This document shows, piece after piece, positions 10,156 through 18,988 of a stretch of DNA of 64,000 nt (positions are counted from its first letter, which is position 1; each line of letters begins with the position of its first letter). Source of the stretch: an uncultured virus (IMG/VR IMGVR_UViG_3300042453_003546) (Duplodnaviria; Heunggongvirae; Uroviricota; Caudoviricetes); IMG/VR virus record IMGVR_UViG_3300042453_003546; one strand, written 5' to 3'. A model generated the notes under the pieces. It saw nothing but the letters and a program-made list of their open reading frames with translations. It searched no databases and was not told the DNA's origin. The position numbers were made by a program, and so were the translations under genes.

Positions 10156-10172
10156 CACTAAGGTTGGCTTTT
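10145..10172 (-). terminator. Terminator hairpin of the AAAGCCAAC/GTTGGCTTT family
   Basis: aaagccaac-actaag-gttggcttt with flanking A/T tracts. Confidence 0.75.
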
Positions 10173-10194
10173 GTTTGGGAGGTGTGTTTATTTT

Positions 10195-10851
10195 TTAAAG
10201 CTGCACTTCTTTTTGAGGCTTGAGATAAGACACAAGTTTTGGTTTTGATGTTATTACAATCTTTGGATATTTAGCACCTTCTATTGCATAGATTAGTTTG
10301 CAGCTTGGTAATCCATTAGCTTTTAAAAAACTAGATATTTTGTTTTTATTCTTTTCTAGAATGCTAAAAATTTCAGCGTCTTTACCTTTACGTGGGCTGA
10401 TTTCAATATTTACCAACGATTGTCTGACTTTAAACTCATCATACTGCTCAATCATACTACCCAGAATATCACCTATAAGCGGCTTTAAAACACCTGTCAT
10501 CTTACCCGTGAGATCACTCAGGAGTGATTTTAGTTGCTCCATATTTTTAGGAGAAAACTTTAGTGCAGTGGCGATTGCATTAATATCCGCTTCAGTCATT
10601 TTTAAACTTTTCGCAAAATCCACAATTTCCATTGGATCGAAGGAACCTGGTTTCCATTCTCCTGACTGAAAGCTTGCGACTATATCAGCGTTTGATATGT
10701 TATTTTCTTTTGCGTACTTTGCGCTGGCCTCAGGCTCAATAGTATCCATATAGAACTCAATTGCACTAGATCCTAAGTTCGGATCTCCTGCTTCGTTTAG
10801 TACTTTTCTAACTTCTTCTTTTATAAGACGTCTAAATTGGGATAGTTTCAC
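10195..10851 (-). CDS. Leader-family protein, unknown cargo
   Basis: MKLSQFRRLIKEEVRKVLNEA; own TATTTATA at 10881-88 and own terminator. Confidence 0.6.
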   Translation of the reverse strand: MKLSQFRRLIKEEVRKVLNEAGDPNLGSSAIEFYMDTIEPEASAKYAKENNISNADIVASFQSGEWKPGSFDPMEIVDFAKSLKMTEADINAIATALKFSPKNMEQLKSLLSDLTGKMTGVLKPLIGDILGSMIEQYDEFKVRQSLVNIEISPRKGKDAEIFSILEKNKNKISSFLKANGLPSCKLIYAIEGAKYPKIVITSKPKLVSYLKPQKEVQL

Positions 10852-10893
10852 TTTGTTATTGTTTTGTAGTTAAAATTTTATATAAATATGTCG

Positions 10894-11688
10894 CTAATCA
10901 TTAAAACGACATTGATCTCTCAAGAAAGTTACGTTCCTCTTAATAATCCCAACATCTACCATTGACATATCATAGGTCTCTAAGAAGTTGTGAGGTGTTG
11001 GTGTTCTTGTAGTATGATCCTTTGTAAAGTCTTGACCTAACGATGCAGCTAAGATTGGATACACTGAGTCAGTGCTTCTCATCATCGGATGATCATAATA
11101 AGCAAACTCAGTTGGATCTCCTTGCCCTAAGCAATGTATAGGCTTTAGTAATAGATTACGCTCTTTCAGATAATCATAGGCCATGTGACGAGCTTCTTTA
11201 ATACCCTGATCATCTTTCCAATCTTCCAACCATGCTTGTGGTATTGCAATCTTAGAGAATCCAATCGTGTGAATGTACTTTTGAGTTAGTCCCCATAAGT
11301 AACACTCAATCCAATCCTGCTTAGTTTTGCCTTGTGGACAAAAGAACATCTCCACAGTATCTTCAAGACCTTCACCAACTAATCTTTCAGCAAAGCTCAT
11401 TGCATTTTTAATTGTAGCTTCTTTATCAAACAGCACATCAGGAGCAATAACTTCGTTTGGTTTTAGTTCGTGACATATTTGTATAAGCACATCCTCTGTG
11501 ACTAAAGCTCTTTCAGCAGCCGAGCAATCCAAAGTTATCCATCGACTTGCATCCTCCTCTTTCAGTTTGAATATAAAGTCACGATATTCTGGGAACTGCA
11601 TCCACAAATGGGCCAGAACAAAAACCCTATCTCCAAGCTTCATAGGTTCCATATTACTTATAGGCGATATCACATAAAAATCCATCAT
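10894..11688 (-). CDS. TGT/DpdA-like TIM-barrel transglycosylase (7-deazaguanine insertion)
   Basis: ITLDCSA, IAPDVLFD, PQG, IHCLG and RSTDS motifs typical of the TGT fold; last gene of the folE/queD/queE cluster. Confidence 0.7.
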   Translation of the reverse strand: MMDFYVISPISNMEPMKLGDRVFVLAHLWMQFPEYRDFIFKLKEEDASRWITLDCSAAERALVTEDVLIQICHELKPNEVIAPDVLFDKEATIKNAMSFAERLVGEGLEDTVEMFFCPQGKTKQDWIECYLWGLTQKYIHTIGFSKIAIPQAWLEDWKDDQGIKEARHMAYDYLKERNLLLKPIHCLGQGDPTEFAYYDHPMMRSTDSVYPILAASLGQDFTKDHTTRTPTPHNFLETYDMSMVDVGIIKRNVTFLRDQCRFND

Positions 11689-11701
11689 TGATTGTTTTTA
11701 A

Positions 11702-12427
11702 TTATTTAAAAATTGTTTCTAGCTCTTGTATTAGTATTTTTTTATTGCCTATCCATGGCAATCTTATAAGACGAATTCCCGAAGACTGACAATAGTCATT
11801 TTTTGCCTTGTCTCTTATAGAGACGTCTGACAGATCTAAACACCTACCTCTTAGGTAATGTTTTCCGGCTTGGTGTTGCACTCCATCAACTTCGATACAC
11901 AGATTGTAGGTTTCAAGATAAAAATCAAATCTTAGTTGTTTATTTGTTAGTGGATTCACACAGCCTTGAAACTTTGCTTGTGATACAAATAAAATATTAT
12001 TAGATGTCAACCAATCTGCCACAGCCGCTTCTCCTTTGGAATAGCAACACTTGGGACAACCGTTTTTTGTACCATATAAGTGGTAGTTTGGCTTTATACT
12101 AAACTCACCATGTTTTTGACACTCAATTATAACTGGTTGATTTGAGCTGACATACTCTGTTTTTTCGTAGCTATATCTATTAGAATGCACGTCATTAGCC
12201 TTTTCGATAAATTGTTCTGTAGTTAGCCTTCGTTTACCAGAGCATGCTGAACATCCAAATCCTCTCAGATGATCGCCAGCTATTTGATTAAATAAGCCAT
12301 GCTCCGGACAAATCACCTTAATCGGTACACTACTCTTAGTATAGGTATCCTCTAAATATATAAATCGATCCCCATGCACTCGTTTAGCTTTTTCAATAAA
12401 CTCTTCGTTCGTTAGTCTTTTATTCAT
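11702..12427 (-). CDS. Free-standing putative homing endonuclease (zinc-finger repeats plus PD-(D/E)XK/Vsr-like domain)
   Basis: Two EFIEKA..VH...Y...ICxxHG.F...HL...GC..C repeats; SKGE...LRFDFYL...IEVDGVQH...D..KNDYC. Confidence 0.8.
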   Translation of the reverse strand: MNKRLTNEEFIEKAKRVHGDRFIYLEDTYTKSSVPIKVICPEHGLFNQIAGDHLRGFGCSACSGKRRLTTEQFIEKANDVHSNRYSYEKTEYVSSNQPVIIECQKHGEFSIKPNYHLYGTKNGCPKCCYSKGEAAVADWLTSNNILFVSQAKFQGCVNPLTNKQLRFDFYLETYNLCIEVDGVQHQAGKHYLRGRCLDLSDVSIRDKAKNDYCQSSGIRLIRLPWIGNKKILIQELETIFK

Positions 12428-12434
12428 AATTATA

Positions 12435-12483
12435 AGGTTCTAGCAGTTCTCTAATATAAATAGTAGCGATCATACTAGAACCC
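12435..12483 (-). promoter_or_regulatory. Hairpin over the endonuclease initiation region, with TATTTATA in the loop
   Basis: Arms ggttctagca (12436-45) and tactagaacc (12473-82); motif at 12455-62. Confidence 0.6.
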
Positions 12484-12495
12484 TACAAACACATT

Positions 12496-13137
12496 TTATA
12501 ATCTTGAATTTTCTATTAGTGAGAATAGTTCTGTGCGAGTGCCAATTTCGTTCGTAAAGAAATATCCGGACAATTGAGAGGTTTTCATTACACTCTCGTG
12601 ATTTAACTGTCTGCAACGAACGCAATTATGTTGACTCTCAATAACTACAGCAACTCCTCTATTACCTACACACAATCTATCAATGTGATCGTGGATTTGC
12701 TTGGTAAGTGATTCTTGTATCTGTGGTCTACGAGCATAGAAGTCAACAATACGATTGAGCTTGCTCAGACCTATGACCATATCAGTCTTCTCCTTTCCTG
12801 GTATGTATGCTGCATGGCATATGCCCACGAATTGAAGATTGTGGTGAGCACACATGCTAACAACCGGTATTCTTGTTTGTGCAATAATTCCAGTATAGCC
12901 TTCATCGTTAGGGAAAGCTGTAATCTTTGGTTCGGGGTTGATAGAGCCCTTGATTAAATCATGAACCCACGCTTTTGAAACTCTCATTGGGGTATCTACA
13001 CTATGTGGATCAGCTGCCCAATCAAATCCTAAAGCAGTCAAAAACTGACCATAATACTCAGCTGCTTGTTCAATCATCTGAGCTTTTTCTTCTTCCGTAC
13101 GAGGCATGTTGCCGTTAGCTTTTTGCAAAAGTTTCAT
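12496..13137 (-). CDS. folE: GTP cyclohydrolase I
   Basis: TPMRV, SMCAHH, GLSKLNRIVDFYARRPQIQESLT and HNC. Confidence 0.95.
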   Translation of the reverse strand: MKLLQKANGNMPRTEEEKAQMIEQAAEYYGQFLTALGFDWAADPHSVDTPMRVSKAWVHDLIKGSINPEPKITAFPNDEGYTGIIAQTRIPVVSMCAHHNLQFVGICHAAYIPGKEKTDMVIGLSKLNRIVDFYARRPQIQESLTKQIHDHIDRLCVGNRGVAVVIESQHNCVRCRQLNHESVMKTSQLSGYFFTNEIGTRTELFSLIENSRL

Positions 13138-13154
13138 AAATGTGTTTTACTTTA

Positions 13155-13622
13155 TTAATTATTTATAATAATATAGGAACTTTTTAGTGTATTTTGCAAC
13201 TCCAACAGTCCTAATTTTTCATCTCTCTTATCAGCCTCTTCAAACGTAATATCATCCTTTGATACTGATCTGCTGTAGAATCTATGTCTACGTACCTCAT
13301 CTGGAACTTCTAACCAAACCATGTCAATATCGTTTGTACCAAAATAATTAATCATGCCTTCAACAATACTAACTTGTCTAATACCATCCACAATAACTTT
13401 ATCATATTGTTTACACTCAGCAGCCAGCTCATGTGTTATAAGTTGATCCATATGAGCTGTGTCTTGTAATTCACTTCTGGTTGCTTTGCCTGATATTCTC
13501 TTTACAATATCCGACACTGTAATGCGCTTTGCTTTAGTTACAAAGCATAATGCATCTGCATATGTACTTTTACCACTACAAATTTTTCCGAATAATAATA
13601 CTATCTTTTTGGTCTGTATCAT
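13155..13622 (-). CDS. P-loop nucleotide (NMP-type) kinase
   Basis: GKICSGKST Walker A, VIVDGIR, and a lid-like RRHRFYSR. Confidence 0.75.
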   Translation of the reverse strand: MIQTKKIVLLFGKICSGKSTYADALCFVTKAKRITVSDIVKRISGKATRSELQDTAHMDQLITHELAAECKQYDKVIVDGIRQVSIVEGMINYFGTNDIDMVWLEVPDEVRRHRFYSRSVSKDDITFEEADKRDEKLGLLELQNTLKSSYIIINN

Positions 13623-13960
13623 ATTTCAACTATTCCAAAGAACTCTCCATCCTCAGATACTGAGCATCTACAAAGTCCAAAATGATCTAATAGGGTTTCA
13701 GCAATCATCTCACAGCTCATTGAACCAAAGTTGCAACAACCATAAGTTGGATCATACCAACGCTTAGCAATAAATTGTTTGATGTTGTGTTTGAAATCGA
13801 TAAACTCAATGTCACGATTTCCATGAGAGACTTCAGCTCTACAATGAATAACAAACGTGTGTCTGTGTAGATACTTGAGATATTCTACATGAGGCAGATT
13901 ACAATCTGACCAGTTGTGAAGACCTTCGATATCAAGTCTTACTTCAATAAATTTTTTCAT
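13619..13960 (-). CDS. QueD-like T-fold protein, candidate CDG decarboxylase (DpdL type)
   Basis: LKYLHRHTF (LxxxHRHxF) in place of the QueD CxxxHGH; SCEMIA...VSED; second QueD paralog in the cluster. Confidence 0.7.
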   Translation of the reverse strand: MKKFIEVRLDIEGLHNWSDCNLPHVEYLKYLHRHTFVIHCRAEVSHGNRDIEFIDFKHNIKQFIAKRWYDPTYGCCNFGSMSCEMIAETLLDHFGLCRCSVSEDGEFFGIVEI

Positions 13961-13986
13961 AACTGAGATGTGTTTTGTTTATAACC

Positions 13987-14024
13987 TAAATATACAAAAA
14001 AAGGCTTACCGAAGCAAGCCTTTT
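13987..14024 (-). promoter_or_regulatory. Overlapping terminator (AAAGGCTT/AAGCCTTT) and promoter TTG-N20-TATATTTA
   Basis: taaatata at 13987-94 and caa at 14015-17, at the hairpin. Confidence 0.65.
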
Positions 14025-14029
14025 TGTAA

Positions 14030-14581
14030 TTATTTTGTCATTACTCGTGCATCTTTTTTGTGTGGTGAAAATTGTACTAACAATATTTTATTGTACGTTG
14101 GTCCTTCAAAGTTATCCTTAAAGTCATATTTTGGACGTTCTCCATTTTCCCATGCATTTTGTTTTGTGATAATATCTGCTACAGCCGAGTCTGACATGTT
14201 AAGATTTGCCGTATTAAGTACCACTGACGATGGCAATATTGGAGGTTGTAAATCTTGTCGTGTTTTACCAGCGACATGCCAAGTCCCATATGGATCGTTA
14301 AGTTTCTCTTCAACATTGTCTGGATACTTTCCATCCTTATTGAAGGGAAGGCATATGATATTTTTTGGGTTTAGTTTTACAACTTGAAAGATAAGATCTT
14401 TATACTTTTTAAAGGTCAAGTTATAACCACTACTAAATCCTCCTTTTGGTACCAAAACTGCATCTTCGAGAATACTGAACTTGTCACCAACCTGCAGTTG
14501 TGATAGTGTTGTTTCTTGTCCTTCTCTAAGGACTTTTTGAATTTCTTCACGAATAAGCTTTTTGAATTGGGATAGTTTCAT
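14030..14581 (-). CDS. Leader-family protein inserted in the deazaguanine cluster
   Basis: MKLSQFKKLIREEIQKVLREG; own TATTTATA at 14604-11 and own terminator. Confidence 0.6.
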   Translation of the reverse strand: MKLSQFKKLIREEIQKVLREGQETTLSQLQVGDKFSILEDAVLVPKGGFSSGYNLTFKKYKDLIFQVVKLNPKNIICLPFNKDGKYPDNVEEKLNDPYGTWHVAGKTRQDLQPPILPSSVVLNTANLNMSDSAVADIITKQNAWENGERPKYDFKDNFEGPTYNKILLVQFSPHKKDARVMTK

Positions 14582-14641
14582 GTTTCAGTATGATTTGTTT
14601 CTATATAAATAGCCACCAGTCAAGAAAACCTAGTCATTGGC

Positions 14642-15124
14642 CTACTTATAATCCCGGTGCGACTGCCATTGGCCATTGTATGCATCTGCCTCATTGTTTT
14701 CCATGATGATTATTTGCGCTACTCTAGCACCCTTCTCGATAATAATTGTTTGTGTTGCAATCAATACTGCTCCCATTTCATCAACATAAAAGGATGGATC
14801 GTAAACTCCGCTTGTAATAATACCACCACAACGTAATATACTAGAGCGATGTCTAATGAATGCAGTATGGTTATTATCCAACTTAACTCCTTGTTCAAAA
14901 GTTAAGCTATAAGTTCCTGGCTCAAGTTTATACAAAAACTTTCCAGTACCTGATACGATTGGTGACACTTCAGTATATTGATCAACCTCTGTCTTATCAC
15001 TTAATACCATCCCACCATTAATCTTTTTTACTCCTTTAAGAGTGAGGTCATAGCCTACTTGAGCTTTTGCCCCTTTGCCGTTAGTTTGTAACAGCTCTTC
15101 TACCTGATAAGCGTTTAATAACAT
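14642..15124 (-). CDS. Trimeric dUTPase/dCTP-deaminase-superfamily protein
   Basis: GYDLTL, RSSILR, GVYDPSF, GARVAQ and YNGQWQ; apparently lacks the deaminase catalytic Glu. Confidence 0.8.
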   Translation of the reverse strand: MLLNAYQVEELLQTNGKGAKAQVGYDLTLKGVKKINGGMVLSDKTEVDQYTEVSPIVSGTGKFLYKLEPGTYSLTFEQGVKLDNNHTAFIRHRSSILRCGGIITSGVYDPSFYVDEMGAVLIATQTIIIEKGARVAQIIIMENNEADAYNGQWQSHRDYK

Positions 15125-15257
15125 TGTATTTTATATTTTGAAAATTAATAACATTAAGATACCCAATAATTGGATTGTTTGCAACAATTAGGTCTAATAA
15201 ATCAAAGTGTGCCATGCTGTCTGGACACAACCCTATAATGTGAAGTACTTCGTGCAT
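15081..15257 (-). CDS. Small hypothetical protein
   Basis: ATG at 15257 directly follows the queE stop (MHEVLHIIGLCPD...). Confidence 0.4.
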   Translation of the reverse strand: MHEVLHIIGLCPDSMAHFDLLDLIVANNPIIGYLNVINFQNIKYNVIKRLSGRRAVTN

Positions 15258-15258
15258 A

Positions 15259-16041
15259 TTAAACTCCCCTTTTAGTATCGTAACTAATAATGTGTTCACG
15301 ACCAGTGAAATTATAACCATTGTCAGTACAAAAGTCAATAACCATTGGATACACTCTAATAAGCTCTTGACGATTATCACCTGGTGGCATTAACCAAGTT
15401 TTATTCTTAGGAATGCCCATCTCAATTCTAAACTCTTCTATCTCTTTCCATACCTCAGGCATCTCTACTGGATTGCATACTGGCTTATAGTGATAGTCTT
15501 TATGGTATGCCAAAGTTTGTTTAATGGCCTCTTTATTAAGACGTAACTTGTTATGCTGATCAATCATCTTCTGATCTACCACAGCACCTTTTGGAGTCAA
15601 CACTCCTAACTTAGGAACAGAGTTGCTAAACTTAGGTGATAGTGAAATGAGATCGATTGGATAATCTGTTTCAATAAAATGACTACCTTCAGTTTCGATT
15701 GTAATGATAATACCTCTCTCATGCGCAAAGTGAGTCAATTCATTTACTAAGTCTGCATGCATAGTTGGTGATCCACCAGTCAACATCATTTCTTTAATGT
15801 CTGGTCTATCATCATACATCTTGACAATGTCATTAAAGGTAAAACCACCCTTCTCTGGATGGATACTTGTATACCAACTATCACACCACCCTCCTTCACC
15901 AAACCAACATCTGTGAGTACATCCTGTGGTTCGTATTGCTACTGTAGGATATCCTGCTCGTGAAGCTTCACTTTGTACACAATAGTAAAGCTCAACGATT
16001 GGAAGTTTTTTATTATAATCTATTATTCTACCTGGTTTCAT
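15259..16041 (-). CDS. queE: 7-carboxy-7-deazaguanine synthase (radical SAM)
   Basis: IVELYYCVQSE, IRTTGC..RC......WCDS, LTGGSP, IETEG and SLSPK. Confidence 0.92.
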   Translation of the reverse strand: MKPGRIIDYNKKLPIVELYYCVQSEASRAGYPTVAIRTTGCTHRCWFGEGGWCDSWYTSIHPEKGGFTFNDIVKMYDDRPDIKEMMLTGGSPTMHADLVNELTHFAHERGIIITIETEGSHFIETDYPIDLISLSPKFSNSVPKLGVLTPKGAVVDQKMIDQHNKLRLNKEAIKQTLAYHKDYHYKPVCNPVEMPEVWKEIEEFRIEMGIPKNKTWLMPPGDNRQELIRVYPMVIDFCTDNGYNFTGREHIISYDTKRGV

Positions 16042-16259
16042 ATTTTATTATTAAACTGATCAATATATAATTTTGCAAAATACTCATTTAAAAATTCCTT
16101 AGGGTATCTTAGTATTTTACCTGAGTACGATCTTGTACTGACATTGTGGGTTGTTACTAGTACTCCTTTAGTTACTGCAGCCTCATATACTTGTTTTCCT
16201 AGAGTTGATCCAGCTGCCTGTCCAAGATACTCATAAAGGGATAATGTTTGTTGTTCCAT
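16038..16259 (-). CDS. Hypothetical protein
   Basis: ORF between queD and queE (SLYEYLGQAAG...GKILRYPKEFL). Confidence 0.6.
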   Translation of the reverse strand: MEQQTLSLYEYLGQAAGSTLGKQVYEAAVTKGVLVTTHNVSTRSYSGKILRYPKEFLNEYFAKLYIDQFNNKI

Positions 16260-16263
16260 AATA

Positions 16264-16728
16264 TTAAGGTTTATAAATTGCACTATTTCTTTTGTTTTCA
16301 AAAAATTCTACTTCTACTACTTTTACACGACCGTCTGTTTCCAACTGAACAAATGCGTTTACTTTGTCATACACAAACTTTGCAAACTTCTCTGCTCCAA
16401 CTGGTCCTTCCAATATACGAAGTTGTATGACACCCTTTCTATGTAATTCCTCGAATACTGGTAACTCTGGATCATCAGGTGCAATAACTGTAGTATGATC
16501 AAACATGTAGTCAAACCATGTTTTAGGATTGATACCATCGATTGTAGTTTTTGCTCTTTTCATTCCTCCAAAGTCCCAAACCCAATTACGGTGATCAAGT
16601 TCTCCTTCAAATGTAACTTTAATTTCTACATCATAACCGTGTAAATACTTGCAGTGTGTTCCTTCTGCAGCCCATTGACGAAACACTGTACTAAATCCGT
16701 CAAATAGTTTTGTTGATTGATAAGCCAT
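16264..16728 (-). CDS. queD: 6-carboxytetrahydropterin synthase
   Basis: HCKYLHGY, WVWDFG, FDHT and GAEKFA. Confidence 0.9.
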   Translation of the reverse strand: MAYQSTKLFDGFSTVFRQWAAEGTHCKYLHGYDVEIKVTFEGELDHRNWVWDFGGMKRAKTTIDGINPKTWFDYMFDHTTVIAPDDPELPVFEELHRKGVIQLRILEGPVGAEKFAKFVYDKVNAFVQLETDGRVKVVEVEFFENKRNSAIYKP

Positions 16729-16746
16729 AAATAAATAATTTTTCTT

Positions 16747-16777
16747 TTAATATAAGTAAAATAAACTACACTTCCAA
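16747..16777 (-). promoter_or_regulatory. Promoter TTG-N20-TATATTAA for queD
   Basis: Conserved spacing. Confidence 0.55.
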
Positions 16778-17215
16778 CAACTCTCTCATCGAAAGTGCTG
16801 TCTTTTGGTAGTTGTAATAAAATTGTTCGAGATTTTGTTCTGGATCCATTTCAACGACCTCATTCCAACAATCGAGACTAAACTCAGAGACCAATCTTCT
16901 TTTGAGTTCGGATAGTAAGCGAGTCTCCTCATCATCATAATCTTGCATCAACAACTTGTAGCGTTTGTTGTACTTACGATCAATCTCAGTGAGCTTTTCA
17001 TTGAGAGCTAATTCACTTGCAACCCAAGTACTTTTTACTTTTGTTTTTTCTTGTTCACATAACTCTAGTTCATATAGAGCTTGTCTACGATAATCACTGA
17101 AGTCAAAGTCTCCGTGTTCGATTTGTTGTAATAGGAAGGACTTACCTCTAAAGGCATCTTTTTTAGATAGAGGTTTTTTCTTTTTGAATCGATGCCACCA
17201 ATTAAATTTTCCCAT
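16766..17215 (-). CDS. Hypothetical protein
   Basis: Start MGKFNWW at 17215, downstream of the promoter at 17238-17268. Confidence 0.6.
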   Translation of the reverse strand: MGKFNWWHRFKKKKPLSKKDAFRGKSFLLQQIEHGDFDFSDYRRQALYELELCEQEKTKVKSTWVASELALNEKLTEIDRKYNKRYKLLMQDYDDEETRLLSELKRRLVSEFSLDCWNEVVEMDPEQNLEQFYYNYQKTALSMRELLEV

Positions 17216-17237
17216 GCTGTAACTTGTTTTGTGTATG

Positions 17238-17284
17238 GAAAGATACACCCTTTAAAACAAAAAACCAACACTAAGGTTGGTTTT
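17238..17284 (-). promoter_or_regulatory. Terminator hairpin (AAAACCAAC/GTTGGTTTT) overlapping promoter TTG-N20-TATCTTTC
   Basis: Same loop (actaag) as the hairpin at 10148. Confidence 0.6.
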
Positions 17285-17295
17285 ATTGTAATTTT

Positions 17296-18597
17296 TTATC
17301 GTTTTTTGTATACTATTCGAGGATATGTGTTTGATTTAAAGTTAAAACCTTCAAAAGGCACCTCAGCGTCAAACAATTGAGTTGCCATTTCTTCTGGACT
17401 TCCCTGAACATAAACATAATTTCCCTTGTTAGTACCAGATGTACCATAATCGGCAGCTATGAAAGCACTAAAGTCATCCCTTTCTGCATAAGTCATAAAA
17501 TTTCCTAAACCCCATGCTGTATTAATTTCATACTGATTACCCCAATCCTTTACCAGGTTCGCGGAATGAGTTGCGAATTTTTGTGGAATCCCAACCTGTG
17601 TAAGCAAGTACGCAAACAGTTCTTTGATCTTTTTTGGATCATCCTTTCCGGCAATTGATAGTATTATAGGTGTGCGAGCAGTAATTCCTTTGTACGTGAG
17701 TTTAGCGTCAGATTGTAAGGTCATCCCCAATTCTGACAGCTTTGCAATTCCTTCTTTGGATAAATAAGGACCTGTTCCTCCAAGTCTGGCACTGAAACCC
17801 TTCACTTCAAACTTTCGATCGTCGATTTCTAAATCACCAGCTCCTGGTGGTTTTCTTATGTTTTTAAAGGATAATGCTAACATGATTTCAGCCATACCGA
17901 CTCCTTTCTTTCCTTCATCCTGTCCCGTATACTTTGCTAAGGTAGTAGTTACTTCTTCAGCTACTCCCGTATCTGATAGTAGATTATTAATGTTACCCGT
18001 TCTTTGATCTACTGGGAATACGACTTGATCACCAGTAGTTATATAATCAACAAAATCCTGATACATCTCGGTGGGAAGTTCCTCAATCATAAGTTGTAGC
18101 TGACTCGCAATCGCCTTTGGCATATCAAATCTAACCTTACCAGATTTATCAACAGCAGATTTAAAGCCCTTTGCCTGCAATGCCTTTCTTATTGGTTTAA
18201 ACGTACCAAATGCACTTATCCTATTATAGAGTTTCTGCAGTTGATTTGCTGAAAAGTCATCTGGAAGTTTGTCGATTAACTGCTTTAGATCCTCTTTAGA
18301 AACCTCCAGTTGCAAAGTTTTTTTAACCACCTTCGACTCGTTGATCATAAGAGTTGGTATTTCGTCTATTCCATATTCCTGCAAGATTTCACGAAGCACA
18401 GTAAGCTCTTGTGGATCGCTAAATTGCCCTTCTACTATAGTGGGATAGCCTTTTGGTAGTCTATATGACCACTCAGTTAGAATATGATCCCAATCGATAT
18501 GAATAGGTTGCGCTATCAGCTGTTGTATTGTTTCTTCGGCTTTGATAGTCTGCTCTATTAACAAGGCATCTAAATCAACCACAAAATCATTATTCAT
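17296..18597 (-). CDS. Putative PD-(D/E)XK nuclease with an N-terminal LxE-rich extension
   Basis: GMAE...GAGDLEIDDRKFEVKG; N-term ILTEWSYRLPKGYP and several LxE/IxE sites. Confidence 0.55.
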   Translation of the reverse strand: MNNDFVVDLDALLIEQTIKAEETIQQLIAQPIHIDWDHILTEWSYRLPKGYPTIVEGQFSDPQELTVLREILQEYGIDEIPTLMINESKVVKKTLQLEVSKEDLKQLIDKLPDDFSANQLQKLYNRISAFGTFKPIRKALQAKGFKSAVDKSGKVRFDMPKAIASQLQLMIEELPTEMYQDFVDYITTGDQVVFPVDQRTGNINNLLSDTGVAEEVTTTLAKYTGQDEGKKGVGMAEIMLALSFKNIRKPPGAGDLEIDDRKFEVKGFSARLGGTGPYLSKEGIAKLSELGMTLQSDAKLTYKGITARTPIILSIAGKDDPKKIKELFAYLLTQVGIPQKFATHSANLVKDWGNQYEINTAWGLGNFMTYAERDDFSAFIAADYGTSGTNKGNYVYVQGSPEEMATQLFDAEVPFEGFNFKSNTYPRIVYKKR

Positions 18598-18968
18598 TAT
18601 TGTAAATTTACTAGTTTGTATCGAGTGGTGTATATTAATGTCAACACCGTATCAATCTCGTTTTGTAAAAAAGAGTCTTGAAGTTTTTCGTCTTTTCTTA
18701 ATTTATCTATTGCAGCTGATAGCTTATCAAAATAATTAATAACATTGTCGATGGACGCATCGTTATCTATTTTACTTGCTGTACCAAATTCAACTAAATC
18801 ATATTTACCCTGATATGCTTCAATCAATCCATCCGCCAAATCATCTATGTTTTCATAATAGCCTTGCAATGCCTTGTGAGCTGCGTACGAACCTTGACCT
18901 TTAACTCTTAGATGGTATACATGTGCTTGTGTTTGCGAATGCAATAGTAATGATGCTAACTCTCTCAT
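18597..18968 (-). CDS. Dps/ferritin-like protein
   Basis: HVYHL...AAHKALQGYYE...DGLIEAYQG...NEID. Confidence 0.75.
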   Translation of the reverse strand: MRELASLLLHSQTQAHVYHLRVKGQGSYAAHKALQGYYENIDDLADGLIEAYQGKYDLVEFGTASKIDNDASIDNVINYFDKLSAAIDKLRKDEKLQDSFLQNEIDTVLTLIYTTRYKLVNLQ

Positions 18969-18988
18969 ATTGTTTATATATAAATAGT

